Assembly (NCBI GenBank): GCA_964593055.1
Contig: CAZQIG010000002.1
Location: 28,631-92,630 of the forward strand
Source of the DNA: an uncultured Erysipelotrichia bacterium
Lineage (GTDB): Bacteria; Bacillota_I; Bacilli_A; JBKEDG01
Length of the DNA: 64,000 nucleotides
Reading direction: 5' to 3'
Part shown: positions 1-9,810 of the stretch, one piece after another
Position numbering within the stretch: the stretch's first letter is position 1
Layout of the letters: every line of letters starts with the position of its first letter
The notes under the pieces: generated by a model
Told to the model about the DNA's origin: nothing
Database searches by the model: none
What the model saw: only the letters and a program-made list of their open reading frames with translations
Program-made: the position numbers and the translations under genes

Positions 1-1971
1 GAAATTGATGTTGACCTTGTTATCCCAGACCGTAGTCTTTCATTACGTGAGGGTGCAATCAAAACTTTTCAATTTGATGATAATTCAGTTTATTTTCAAG
101 AAATGCTAGCAATAAGCAAGCATTACGGTTTTGATATAGAATTACCAATTAATAAATGGAAAAAAGAGCATTTAGATTTTGCTTTATATGGTACAAACGA
201 TAAGGTAGAAGTTATCTATCGTAATAATAAAGGTGATGTAAGAAGCAGTAATAAAAAAGTTGAAGGACTAATTAATGGTTTAAATAGAAGATACTTAGAA
301 ACATCAAGCAATTGGATGCGCAATTACATTGAAGGGTTTATGCGTAACCATGTTTGTCCAGTTTGTAAAGGGAAGCGTTTAAAGCCGACTGCTTTAAGCG
401 TCCGTGTTGCTAACTTAAATATTGATGATTTAACACACTTAAGTGTGGAAAAGGCTTTAGATTTTTTTACTAATATTAATTTGAGTGACAAGCAAGAGCA
501 TATAGGTAAATTAGTTTTGAAAGAAATTATTTCAAGACTAACATTTTTAAATGATGTAGGTTTAAGTTATTTGACTTTGAATCGTTCTGCTGGAACATTA
601 AGTGGGGGAGAGTCACAAAGGATTAGGCTTGCAACACAAATAGGTAGTCAGTTGAGTGGCGTATTATATGTTTTAGATGAACCTTCAATTGGTTTGCATC
701 AACATGATAATGATCGCTTGATAAAGAGTTTGAAGAAAATGACACAATTAGGTAATACTTTAATTGTAGTAGAGCATGATGAAGATACGATGCGTGCTTG
801 TGATCATATTGTCGATATCGGACCTAGTGCAGGGATTCACGGTGGAGATGTTATTTATAATGGAGATTATAAAGGAATTCTAGCATGTGAAAAAAGTATC
901 ACAGGTCAATACTTGAGTGGAAAAAAAACTATTTCATTACCAAGTAGTTTGCGTGAAGGAAGTGGCGAGGAGTTAGCTATCCTTGGGGCAAAAGCCAATA
1001 ATTTAAAGAATGTGGATGTTAAGTTTCCTTTAGGAAAATTTATTTGTGTAACAGGTGTTAGTGGTAGCGGTAAATCGAGTATTGTCAATGAAGTACTATA
1101 TAAAGGATTAATGAAGCACTTACACGGAAGTAAAAATATCCCAGGTGAACATCGTGAAATTCAAGGAATTGAGCATGTTGATAAAGTTGTTAATATTTCA
1201 CAATCACCAATTGGAAGGACTCCACGTAGTAATCCTGTAACGTATATTGGAGTATTTGATAAAATACGTGATTTGTTTGCTAGTTTACCAGAATCTAAAG
1301 TTAGAGGTTTCAAAAAAGGACGTTTTTCTTTTAATGTTAAAGGTGGTAGGTGTGAAGCATGTAGTGGAGATGGTGTTGTAAAAATTGAAATGCACTTTTT
1401 ACCAGATGTTTATACAGAATGTGAAGTATGTCGTGGTAAACGCTACAATAGTGAAACGCTTGAAGTAAAATATAAAAATAAGGCTATTGCTGATGTTTTA
1501 AATTTAACAGTTGATGAAGCAGTCGAGTTTTTTGAAAATCATCCACAAATTAGTAAAGGACTAATTACTTTACAAGATGTGGGCTTAGGTTATATTAAAC
1601 TTGGACAGCAAGCACCAACTTTGAGTGGTGGAGAAGCACAACGTGTTAAATTGAGTAAAGAGTTACAAAAAAAACCGACAGGTAAGACAATGTATATTTT
1701 AGATGAACCAACTACGGGTTTACATGTCCATGATGTATCGCGATTAATTAAAATTTTACATCGTCTATGTGATCATGGAGATACATTAGTTGTTATCGAA
1801 CATAATTTAGATGTTATTAAAGTTGCTGATCATATTATTGATTTAGGACCAAAAGGTGGCGATGCTGGAGGAAAAGTAATTGCAACTGGAACTCCTGAAA
1901 AGATTAGTAATAACAAGAAATCAATTACAGGAAGATACTTGAAAAAGTATTTTGAGGAGGATAAAAAATGA
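1..1971 (+). CDS. uvrA: Excinuclease ABC subunit A (UvrA), C-terminal ~650 aa; 5' end lies outside the window
   Basis: The frame stays open from nt 1 (EIDVDLVIPDRSLSLREGAIKTF...). Zn-finger CPVCKGKR and CEACSGDG motifs, two ABC signatures LSGGESQR and LSGGEAQR, and Walker A GVSGSGKSS are present. Confidence 0.9.
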   Translation, partial: EIDVDLVIPDRSLSLREGAIKTFQFDDNSVYFQEMLAISKHYGFDIELPINKWKKEHLDFALYGTNDKVEVIYRNNKGDVRSSNKKVEGLINGLNRRYLETSSNWMRNYIEGFMRNHVCPVCKGKRLKPTALSVRVANLNIDDLTHLSVEKALDFFTNINLSDKQEHIGKLVLKEIISRLTFLNDVGLSYLTLNRSAGTLSGGESQRIRLATQIGSQLSGVLYVLDEPSIGLHQHDNDRLIKSLKKMTQLGNTLIVVEHDEDTMRACDHIVDIGPSAGIHGGDVIYNGDYKGILACEKSITGQYLSGKKTISLPSSLREGSGEELAILGAKANNLKNVDVKFPLGKFICVTGVSGSGKSSIVNEVLYKGLMKHLHGSKNIPGEHREIQGIEHVDKVVNISQSPIGRTPRSNPVTYIGVFDKIRDLFASLPESKVRGFKKGRFSFNVKGGRCEACSGDGVVKIEMHFLPDVYTECEVCRGKRYNSETLEVKYKNKAIADVLNLTVDEAVEFFENHPQISKGLITLQDVGLGYIKLGQQAPTLSGGEAQRVKLSKELQKKPTGKTMYILDEPTTGLHVHDVSRLIKILHRLCDHGDTLVVIEHNLDVIKVADHIIDLGPKGGDAGGKVIATGTPEKISNNKKSITGRYLKKYFEEDKK

Positions 1972-3185
1972 ATCCGATTTTAATAGAAGTAGGACCGTTT
2001 ACTATTACATGGTATGCGTTATTTATTGTTACGGGTATTGCTATAGGATATTACTTTATGATTCGTTTGTTTGAAAAGGCGGGGATTGACCGTGATCAAT
2101 TTGATTATGCGGGCGTTGTAGGAGTAATTTTAGGTATTATTGGAGCAAGAATTTATTATGTGTTATTTAATCTAGAGTACTATTTAGATAATCTCAATGA
2201 AATTATTAGAATTGATCAAGGTGGTTTAGCAATTCATGGAGGAATAATAGCAGGTTTTATTTGGGCTTTTTATTATACTAATAAACATAAGATTAATAAG
2301 TTTTATGTAGCTGATTGTTTAGCACTTGCTTTTATGATTGCTCAAGCAATCGGTAGATGGGGTAATTTTGTTAATAAAGAAGCTTATGGAGCAGCAACTA
2401 CAAGAGAGTTTTTAGAAAAACTGTACTTGCCAGAGTTTATTATCGAAGGTATGAATATAGCGGGTATTTATTATCAACCAACTTTTCTATATGAATCTAT
2501 TTGGAATGTAATAGGTTTTATTATAGGTTATTTTGTGATTTTCAAAAGTAAGCTTAAGCGTGGTAGTACTTTTGTTTTTTACTTAGTTTGGTATTCAATC
2601 GGAAGAATTTTCATCGAATCTTTGCGTACAGATAGTTTATATCTAGGAGAAATTCGTATAGCACAGCTAATTTCAGTAGTGATGATTATTTTAGGAATAG
2701 CAGTGTTTTTGTATTTAAATTTTTTTCAAAAACAAAATGATGTAAAAATGATTGTAGCAACAACAATTGTTGTTAAAAATGATACAATATTATTAATCAA
2801 GAAAAATCAAGGTAGTTATAAGTATGGAATGCCTGGTGGTAAATCAGAATATTTGGAAATTCCGATTAAAACGGCAGCTCGTGAATTTGCAGAAGAGACA
2901 GGTTTGAATTTTTTGAAGTTAAAATTAAAGGTTATTTCAGAGGTTAAAATGCCAAATAGAAATTATCAAATGTATACTTTTTTAGCTGAAAAATATAGTG
3001 GTGAGGCATTCAAAGATAATGCTGAAGGGAAGTTAGAATGGGTAAAAATTAATGAATTGCAAAATATTGATGTATATGAAGGTGATTTAGAAATTATTAA
3101 TTTTGCACTCAATAATGATGGTATTTTAAAAATGGAACACGAGTATGACGAAAATCGTAATTTAGTTGGAAGTAAACGTTTATAA
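1968..3185 (+). CDS. lgt: Prolipoprotein diacylglyceryl transferase fused to a C-terminal NUDIX hydrolase domain
   Basis: The N-terminal ~265 aa are multi-TM with the Lgt signature GRWGNFVNKEAYG. The C-terminal ~140 aa carry the Nudix box GGKSEYLEIPIKTAAREFAEETG. It is one uninterrupted ORF. Confidence 0.75.
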   Translation: MNPILIEVGPFTITWYALFIVTGIAIGYYFMIRLFEKAGIDRDQFDYAGVVGVILGIIGARIYYVLFNLEYYLDNLNEIIRIDQGGLAIHGGIIAGFIWAFYYTNKHKINKFYVADCLALAFMIAQAIGRWGNFVNKEAYGAATTREFLEKLYLPEFIIEGMNIAGIYYQPTFLYESIWNVIGFIIGYFVIFKSKLKRGSTFVFYLVWYSIGRIFIESLRTDSLYLGEIRIAQLISVVMIILGIAVFLYLNFFQKQNDVKMIVATTIVVKNDTILLIKKNQGSYKYGMPGGKSEYLEIPIKTAAREFAEETGLNFLKLKLKVISEVKMPNRNYQMYTFLAEKYSGEAFKDNAEGKLEWVKINELQNIDVYEGDLEIINFALNNDGILKMEHEYDENRNLVGSKRL

Positions 3186-4129
3186 TGTCATTTGCACAAG
3201 TTTTAAAATCAGAACTAATGTCTTTAAAAGTTTCTAAAATGGAGCAAAAATCGGAGCTTTCTGCACTTTTAAAATTAAATGGCTTATTACATTATCGAAA
3301 TAATAAACTTTCATTAGATTTTGTCACTGAAAATGCTTCGATTGCAAGACATGTTTTTACTTTGATAAAAGATGTTTATGATAGTACGAGTAAAATAACA
3401 ATTCAAAAATCTTCTTTTAAAGTAAAAAAAAGCTATATTTTACAAATAGAGAAAGATGTTGATGATATTTTAGAAGACTTAGAGTTGTATGGGTATGATG
3501 ATTGTAGTATATATCAATTGCGTAATTTAAAAACCGATGCTCAAAAAAAGAGTTATTTACGCGGAATGTTTTTAGCAAGTGGTAGTGTAAATAATCCACA
3601 AGTAGCAAAATATCATTTTGAAATTAAAGATAAAAACTATGCGCATAGTTTGCAAATTTTAGAATTATTAAATTATTTTTCATTTAATGCAAAGTTAATT
3701 GAAAGAAAAAGTCATTATGTTGTCTACGTTAAAAGTGCTGAAAAAATTGTTGAGTTATTTGCCTATATGGGTGCTGTGAAAGGGTTACTGTTTTTTGAAC
3801 AATTGCGATTAACACGTGATATAAAAAACAATACTAATCGTATTACTAATTGTGAACAAGCAAATTACGAAAAAAGTTTTACCGCTGGTAAGAAACAAGT
3901 AGATATGATTGAAAAAATTGATCAGTATGTCGGATTAGATACACTTGATGAGAAATTGCAAATAGTTTGTGAATTTAGGTTAGAGTATCCAGAATATTCT
4001 CTTCAAGAATTAGCAGATGTTATGGCTGATGAACTAGGAATTGAAATTAGCAAATCGGGATTAAATCATCGATTTCGTAAATTGAAGCAAATTTTTGAAA
4101 ATATTATTGAAAGTAACCATGATAAATAA
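3185..4129 (+). CDS. whiA: Sporulation/cell-division regulator WhiA-like DNA-binding protein
   Basis: 314 aa. The C-terminal HTH (LQELADVMADELGIEISKSGLNHRFRKL) and LAGLIDGDG-like fold spacing match WhiA. The position after uvrA region genes is typical. Confidence 0.8.
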   Translation: MSFAQVLKSELMSLKVSKMEQKSELSALLKLNGLLHYRNNKLSLDFVTENASIARHVFTLIKDVYDSTSKITIQKSSFKVKKSYILQIEKDVDDILEDLELYGYDDCSIYQLRNLKTDAQKKSYLRGMFLASGSVNNPQVAKYHFEIKDKNYAHSLQILELLNYFSFNAKLIERKSHYVVYVKSAEKIVELFAYMGAVKGLLFFEQLRLTRDIKNNTNRITNCEQANYEKSFTAGKKQVDMIEKIDQYVGLDTLDEKLQIVCEFRLEYPEYSLQELADVMADELGIEISKSGLNHRFRKLKQIFENIIESNHDK

Positions 4130-4157
4130 GTTGTTGAAAATAGTCAACAACTTTTTT
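4130..4157 (+). terminator. Intrinsic terminator after whiA
   Basis: GTTGTTGA-aaatag-TCAACAAC 8-bp stem followed by TTTTTT. Confidence 0.5.
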
Positions 4158-4370
4158 AGTAGAAAAATGCAGATAATTAGTACATTTACTTGATAAAATC
4201 ATTGTAATTTGGTAAATAAGTTTTTTAAAGATTAGGTCTAATTTCGTGGAAAAAATACGTTAACTTGAGATTTACTACACACAGTAGGAAAAAATGGAGC
4301 TTTTTTCTTCATCTCTTTGTAAAAAAAGGTTGAAAAAAAATCATTTATTAGTTAAAATAGAGTTGTGTAT

Positions 4371-4467
4371 GGAAACAAGAAGGTAACTGGTGTGCCTACC
4401 GGTCTTCAAAACCGGATTGCGGCATTAAATTGTCGTGGGTGGGTTCGATTCCCATTTGTTTCCGCCA
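4371..4467 (+). tRNA. selC: tRNA-Sec (selC), anticodon UCA
   Basis: 97 nt, GGAAACAA...TTGTTTCC-G-CCA. It has an 8-bp acceptor stem, a long variable arm, the anticodon loop CUUCAAA (TCA at 4406-4408) and an encoded CCA. It is adjacent to selenoprotein genes. Confidence 0.8.
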
Positions 4468-4512
4468 ATTATAATGATTAAATAAAATTGAATAAATTAA
4501 ATGGAGGTATTT

Positions 4513-5472
4513 ATGGCAGAGCTATATGATTTGATAATCATCGGAGCAGGACCAGCAGGACTATCAGCAGGGCTTTATGCAGGACGCGCAAAACTAAAAA
4601 CATTAATTTTAGAAAAAAAAGCACCAGGTGGTCAAATCGCAACAACACATGAAGTTGCTAATGTTCCAGGATCACTATTTAGTGATGGAAAGACGGCGAC
4701 TACGGGACCTGAATTAACAGCACGTATGGTTGAACAAAGTGATCAATTTGGAGCAGAGCGTGTTAGTGATGAAGTTGTTGAAGTTGATTTCACTAATGAT
4801 ATAAAAGTAGTAAAATGTCGTAAGCAAACATATGAAGCTAGAAGTGTAATTTTAGCTCCAGGTGCTGAGCCACGTAAGTTAGGTGTTTTAGGTGAAGCTG
4901 AGCTGACAGGTAAAGGTGTAAGTTATTGTGCTACTTGTGATGGAGCGTTTTTCACTGATTTAGAAGTATTAGTTGTTGGTGGTGGATACTCAGCAGCAGA
5001 AGAAGGACTGTTCTTAACTAAATTTGCGAGCAAAGTAACAATTTTAGTTCGTGAAGGAGAATTTAGCTGTGCCCAAAGTGTTGTTGATAAAGTACTAGCT
5101 AACGATAAAATCGAAGTACGCTACAATACAGAGATTACCAAAATTACAGGTGATGGTATCGTTGAATCAGCAACGTTGAAAAATAATGTTACTGGTGAAG
5201 AAGAAGAATACATCGTTGATGATGAGTTTGGAACATTTGGAATATTCGTATTCGTAGGATTCGTGCCACAAACAAATGTATTTAAAGATAAAATCACATT
5301 AGATAAATGGGGTTATATTCCAACAAGTGAAGATATGCAAACTGATGTTGCAGGAGTTTATGCAGCAGGTGATGTACGTCCTAAATCATTAAGACAAGTT
5401 GTTACAGCATTAAGTGATGGAGCAATTGCTGCAACAGCTGTTGAAAAATATATTGATGAGAAATTTCACTAA
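4513..5472 (+). CDS. trxB: Thioredoxin reductase
   Basis: The FAD motif GAGPAG and the redox-active CATCDG are present. GGAGG RBS lies 5 nt upstream of ATG 4513. The ORF track start at 4501 is probably upstream of the real start. Confidence 0.85.
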   Translation: MAELYDLIIIGAGPAGLSAGLYAGRAKLKTLILEKKAPGGQIATTHEVANVPGSLFSDGKTATTGPELTARMVEQSDQFGAERVSDEVVEVDFTNDIKVVKCRKQTYEARSVILAPGAEPRKLGVLGEAELTGKGVSYCATCDGAFFTDLEVLVVGGGYSAAEEGLFLTKFASKVTILVREGEFSCAQSVVDKVLANDKIEVRYNTEITKITGDGIVESATLKNNVTGEEEEYIVDDEFGTFGIFVFVGFVPQTNVFKDKITLDKWGYIPTSEDMQTDVAGVYAAGDVRPKSLRQVVTALSDGAIAATAVEKYIDEKFH

Positions 5473-5492
5473 TTTTTAGAAAGGAGGATAAT

Positions 5493-5801
5493 ATGGAACT
5501 ATTAACAAAAGATAATTTTGAAGAAAAAGTTAGCAAGGGAGTTAGTTTAGTTGATTTCTTTAGTGAAAGTTGTGAGCCATGTAAGGCTTTAATGCCACAT
5601 GTTGAAGAAATGGAGAAGAAATATTCTGAAATGCCATTTTATAAGTTAGATACAGCAGGAGCAAGAAGATTAGCAATTAAGTTAAGAGTAATGGGTTTGC
5701 CAACAATAGCAATATTTAAAGATGGTGAGAAAGTTGAAGAACTATCTAAAGATGATGCTACTGTCGAAAATATAGAGGCAATGGTAAAAAAATATTTATA
5801 A
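5493..5801 (+). CDS. trxA: Thioredoxin (CxxC = CEPC), grd-associated
   Basis: 102 aa with a thioredoxin fold, WCEPC-type active site and [11 protein letters not shown]. It lies between trxB and grdA as in clostridial grd clusters. Confidence 0.8.
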   Translation: MELLTKDNFEEKVSKGVSLVDFFSESCEPCKALMPHVEEMEKKYSEMPFYKLDTAGARRLAIKLRVMGLPTIAIFKDGEKVEELSKDDATVENIEAMVKKYL

Positions 5802-5818
5802 CAAGAGGAGGCACAAAA

Positions 5819-6289
5819 ATGTTTAGCGGTAAAAAAATTGTGATTATCGGTGACCGTGATGGAATTCCTGGTGAAGCTATTAAAGCATGTGTTGAAACAA
5901 TTGCAGATGCAGAAGTAGTATTCTCTTCTACGGAGTGTTTTGTCTGAACGGCTGCAGGTGCTATGGATTTAGAGAATCAAAAAAGAGTAAAGGAATTTGC
6001 TGAAAACTACGGTCCTGAAAATTTAGTAGTTATTTTAGGAGCTGGTGAAGGAGAAGCAGCAGGTCTTGCTGCTGAAACAGTAACAGTTGGTGATCCAACT
6101 TATGCTGGACCTTTAGCAGGTGTAGAGCTTGGTTTAAATGTTTTCCATGCTGTGGAAGAAGAATTTAAATCAGCAGTTGATTCAAGTGTTTACGAAGAGC
6201 AAGTTGCAATGATGGAAATGGTTTTAAATGTTGATGAAATCGTTTCAGAAATGTCAGAAATTCGTAAATCTGGTAGTAAATTTTTATAA
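5819..6289 (+). CDS. grdA: Glycine/sarcosine/betaine reductase selenoprotein A (GrdA), with in-frame UGA = Sec at 5945-5947
   Basis: ATG 5819 sits after a GAGGAGG RBS. The translation is [15 protein letters not shown]...STECFV-U-TAAGAMD, which matches the conserved GrdA CFVU motif. The downstream ORF 5963-6289 is in the same frame. Confidence 0.85.
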
Positions 6290-6337
6290 ATTCAATAGCA
6301 CATAAAGTGTAGGTTGCACTTTTGAATGGATAGGACA

Positions 6338-6370
6338 AAGAAGAGTGTTAACTCTTCTTTATTATTTAGA
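6338..6370 (+). terminator. Hairpin plus T-tract between grdA and grdC; partial terminator or attenuator
   Basis: AAAGAAGAGT-gtta-ACTCTTCTTT 9-bp stem followed by TTATTATTT. Confidence 0.5.
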
Positions 6371-6388
6371 TTAATTTGGAGGATATTA

Positions 6389-7912
6389 ATGAAAGCAGTT
6401 ATAAAAAATACGGCGTATTGCTTAGTTCATACGCCAGATATGATTATGCATCAAGGGACAACACAAACAACAGAGAAAATTGTAAATCCTGATAGTGAAT
6501 ATTTAAAGCAAATTAATAATCATTTACGTAGTTTTGAAGAAGTTGTTGATTATGCACCAAATCAAGCATATATTGGGAATCTTCATCCAAATGATTTAGC
6601 AAAAATTGAAATGCCATATGTTGGAAAATCAGTTGATGGGAAAAGACAAGGAAAATTTGGAGAAATTTTACCACAGATAGAATTTATTGCACTTTTAAAG
6701 ATTTCAGATGTTTTTGATTTAGTGTTATTAGAAGAAAATTTTGCAAAAGAATGTTTAGAAGCATATAAACAAAATGAAATTGCTTTTGAAGAAGATTTTG
6801 CTAAATTAGAAAATGGTGTAGCATTAAGTGTATTAGAAGAAGAAGTAAAAAATCATGCAGAAGCTATTTATCATGATAATAAGTTAGTAGGATGTGTTAA
6901 AGCTGCTCATGATTTAGATCCTAACTTAAATGCGCACGTTATGTTTGAAAACTTAGTAGTTAAGGCTAGTGGAGTACATGCATTTAGACACTTATTACAT
7001 AAAAATAATATTAATCCACAAATAATTGATTATGTAATTGAATGTAGTGAAGAAGCTTGTGGGGACATGAATCAACGTGGTGGTGGAAACTTTGCTAAGG
7101 CGATCGCTGAAAGTTGTGGAGCAATTAATGCTACAGGTTCAGATTTAAGAGGTTTCTGTGCAGCGCCAACGCATGCATTAATTAGTGCAGCATCTTTAGT
7201 TGCTAGTGGAACACATGATAATGTTGTAGTAGTTGCAGGTGGAGCTACTGCTAAATTAGGAATGAATGGTAAAGATCATATTAAAAAAGAATTACCAATT
7301 TTAGAAGATGTTTTAGGAAGTTTTGCGTTCATGATTTCTAAAAATGATGGTATTAGTCCAATTGTTAGAAATGACATTACTGGAAAACATACTGTTGGAA
7401 CAGGTTCTTCACCACAAGCAGTTATGACATCTCTTGTTTTAGAACCATTACGTGCAGCAGGATTAAAGATTACTGATATCGATAAATATTCTGTTGAAAT
7501 GCAAAATCCTGATATTACTAAACCAGCTGGTGCAGGTGATGTTGCAGAAGCAAATTATAAGATGATTGCAGCATTAGCAGTTATGAATAAAGAGCTAGAT
7601 CGTGCTGATATTAATAGCTTTATTGATCATCACGGAATGAAATCTTGGGCACCAACACAAGGTCATATTCCATCAGGAGTACCTTATTTAGGATTTGCGA
7701 TTGAAGATATGACTACAGGAGATATAAACCGTGCACAAATCATTGGTAAGGGATCATTGTTCTTAGGAAGAATGACAAACTTATTTGATGGTATTAGTGT
7801 TGTTTTAGAAAGAAATAGTGGAGAGTTAGATGAAGAAATTAGTGATGATAAAATCAATAAGCTAATTGCTAAAGCAATGCGTAATTTCGCTGAAAGTTTA
7901 AGTGAGGAATAG
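6389..7912 (+). CDS. grdC: Glycine reductase complex protein C, beta subunit (GrdC), KAS-III-like
   Basis: GGAGG RBS before ATG 6389. The thiolase/KAS-like active-site region GFCAAPTHAL is present. Size (~507 aa) and position after grdA fit. The ORF-track start at 6326 is unlikely. Confidence 0.6.
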   Translation: MKAVIKNTAYCLVHTPDMIMHQGTTQTTEKIVNPDSEYLKQINNHLRSFEEVVDYAPNQAYIGNLHPNDLAKIEMPYVGKSVDGKRQGKFGEILPQIEFIALLKISDVFDLVLLEENFAKECLEAYKQNEIAFEEDFAKLENGVALSVLEEEVKNHAEAIYHDNKLVGCVKAAHDLDPNLNAHVMFENLVVKASGVHAFRHLLHKNNINPQIIDYVIECSEEACGDMNQRGGGNFAKAIAESCGAINATGSDLRGFCAAPTHALISAASLVASGTHDNVVVVAGGATAKLGMNGKDHIKKELPILEDVLGSFAFMISKNDGISPIVRNDITGKHTVGTGSSPQAVMTSLVLEPLRAAGLKITDIDKYSVEMQNPDITKPAGAGDVAEANYKMIAALAVMNKELDRADINSFIDHHGMKSWAPTQGHIPSGVPYLGFAIEDMTTGDINRAQIIGKGSLFLGRMTNLFDGISVVLERNSGELDEEISDDKINKLIAKAMRNFAESLSEE

Positions 7913-7915
7913 GTC

Positions 7916-9085
7916 ATGGGTTTAGAAAATAAAGTTGCAGAAGCTTTCAATAAGATTGCAACGCAAATTGAAACTGGTGATTTCGCTGATAAACTAAAAG
8001 TGGGAGTAACGCTTTTAGGGAGTGAACTTGGTGAAGAAGAAGTTTTACGTGGTGCAGAAGCAGCTGCGAAAGACGGACTATTTGAAGTTGTTGTCATCGG
8101 TAAACCGATAGAAACGAGTTTAGAGTTAATTGAAGTTGCTGATGAAAAAGAAATGCATACTAAAATGGAAGAGCTTTTAGATAGTAAATATCTAGCTGCT
8201 TGTGTTACACTACACTATAGCTTTGCAATCGGTGAGAGTACAATTGGTAAAGTTGTTACACCAGCAAAAGGTAGAGAAATGTATATTGCAACAACAACAG
8301 GAACTAGTGATACTAAAAGAACAATGGCAATGTTAAAAAACACTTTGTATGGAATAGCAGTTGCTAAAGCAGATGGGATTGAGAATCCAGCAGTTGGTAT
8401 TATTAATGTTGATAATGCTAAAACTGTTGAAAGATATTTGAAAAAATTAGCTGCACAAGGATATGCGATTAACTTTGCTGAATCTAAAAGAAGTGATGGT
8501 GGAGTAATAATGCGCGGTAATGATATTTTAATGGGTAGTGTAGATGTCATGGTTACTGATTCACTAACTGGAAATATCTTTATGAAGCTTTTATCTTCAT
8601 TTACAACAGGTGGTAGCTATGAAGCAAGTGGATCGGGATACGGTCCAGGAGTTAATTTTGAGAGTGAGCGTATTATAAATATTATTTCTCGTGCGAGTGG
8701 TGCAGTAGTTATTGCTAATGCAATTAAATATGCGCATACTTTAGCAAAAGGAAATTTACCAAAAGTTTTAAAAGCTGAGTATGAAAAATTACAAGCTGCA
8801 GGTTATACGGATATTTTAGCAGAAATTGAAAAGAAAGAAGCACCAAAGGCAGTAGAAGCTCCTAAAAAAGAAGTTGCTAAAGAAGTAGTTACTGCAGAAA
8901 TTAATGGAATTGATATCATGGATTTAGAAGATGCAGTAGCAGTACTTTTAAATGCAGGTATTTATGCTGAAAGTGGTATGGGTTGTACTGGGCCAATCGT
9001 ATTAGTTAATGATCAAAAATTAGATCAAGCAGTTGCTAAGCTAGCAGAAGCAGAGTTTATCGCACAAGAAGCAACGGGATGTTAA
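7916..9085 (+). CDS. grdD: Glycine reductase complex protein C, alpha subunit (GrdD), PlsX-like
   Basis: 389 aa with a PlsX-like fold (GIINVDNAKTVE...), immediately after grdC. Confidence 0.55.
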   Translation: MGLENKVAEAFNKIATQIETGDFADKLKVGVTLLGSELGEEEVLRGAEAAAKDGLFEVVVIGKPIETSLELIEVADEKEMHTKMEELLDSKYLAACVTLHYSFAIGESTIGKVVTPAKGREMYIATTTGTSDTKRTMAMLKNTLYGIAVAKADGIENPAVGIINVDNAKTVERYLKKLAAQGYAINFAESKRSDGGVIMRGNDILMGSVDVMVTDSLTGNIFMKLLSSFTTGGSYEASGSGYGPGVNFESERIINIISRASGAVVIANAIKYAHTLAKGNLPKVLKAEYEKLQAAGYTDILAEIEKKEAPKAVEAPKKEVAKEVVTAEINGIDIMDLEDAVAVLLNAGIYAESGMGCTGPIVLVNDQKLDQAVAKLAEAEFIAQEATGC

Positions 9086-9687
9086 TTGATGATAAATTAC
9101 AAAATGTTTCGTTAGTAGTTAAAGAATTAAAAGCAGGAAATGTTGTTTTTATACCGACAGATACAGTATATGGATTGGCGACTATTATCGATGATGTTGC
9201 AATATCAAAAATTTTTGCATTAAAAAAACGTGATAAAAAACCAATTGCTGTACTTGTTGATAGTTTAGAGCAAGCAAAAAAAATTGCTGAAGTTAATCTA
9301 GTAGCCTCTTTTTTAAGTAAGAAATTTCATCCAGGACCTTTAACGATAATAATGCCTAAGCGTATGGAAGTAAGTGATTTTTTGACAAGTGGACTTAATT
9401 CTGTTGGCATTAGAATTCCTAAAAACAAATTTCTAAGAGAAGTTTTAAAAATTACTGGTCCTTTAGCAGTTACTTCAGCTAATTTAAGTGGTGATAAACC
9501 TTTTGCTAGTGCAGATGAAGCTATGAAAGTTTTTAAATCGGAAGTCAAGTTGTATGTGCAAACAAAAGATACTTTTAGTAATGAAGCTTCAACTGTTATT
9601 GAACTTGAACCAGAATTAAAAATTTTAAGAGAAGGAGCAATAACTAAAAGTGCTCTAGAAGAAGTATTGAAAAAGGATAGTTTTTGA
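9079..9687 (+). CDS. tsaC: L-threonylcarbamoyladenylate synthase (YrdC/YwlC/Sua5 family)
   Basis: YrdC-domain motifs VFIPTDTVYGLA, KKRDKKPIAVLV and TSANLSG. Confidence 0.75.
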   Translation: MLIDDKLQNVSLVVKELKAGNVVFIPTDTVYGLATIIDDVAISKIFALKKRDKKPIAVLVDSLEQAKKIAEVNLVASFLSKKFHPGPLTIIMPKRMEVSDFLTSGLNSVGIRIPKNKFLREVLKITGPLAVTSANLSGDKPFASADEAMKVFKSEVKLYVQTKDTFSNEASTVIELEPELKILREGAITKSALEEVLKKDSF

Positions 9688-9810
9688 AAATTCAAGAACT
9701 ATCTTTTATTATATACTTATTTTAAGTAATGATAAAATATTAAAGATTAGTAAAAAATTGCTCTCCTCATAAAAAATATGATATAATTTAATAAAACAAG
9801 GAGGGATAAT

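Noticed and set aside
906-1088. Short antisense or intragenic ORFs in the six-frame track at 906-1088, 3417-3608, 7684-8097, 8215-8550, 9327-9695, 27556-27753, 28185-28454, 29635-29817, 31050-31244, 36497-36685, 37550-37771, 39773-40072, 46824-47069, 52711-52929, 53924-54115, 60135-60338, 60669-60857, 61425-61607, 61627-61857 and 62753-63067
   Set aside because: Each lies wholly inside, and mostly antisense to, a well-supported gene (uvrA, whiA, grdC/D, tsaC, M32 peptidase, atpG/D, DegV, mutM, rnr, hisS, cas13a, cas1, cas2, YitT). They have low-complexity or hydrophobic AT-rich-codon composition and no RBS. They are treated as frame artefacts.
6326-6388. ORF-track start 6326 for grdC (MDRTKKSVNSS...)
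   Set aside because: It overlaps the terminator hairpin and has no RBS. ATG 6389 follows GGAGG and begins a conserved-looking N-terminus.
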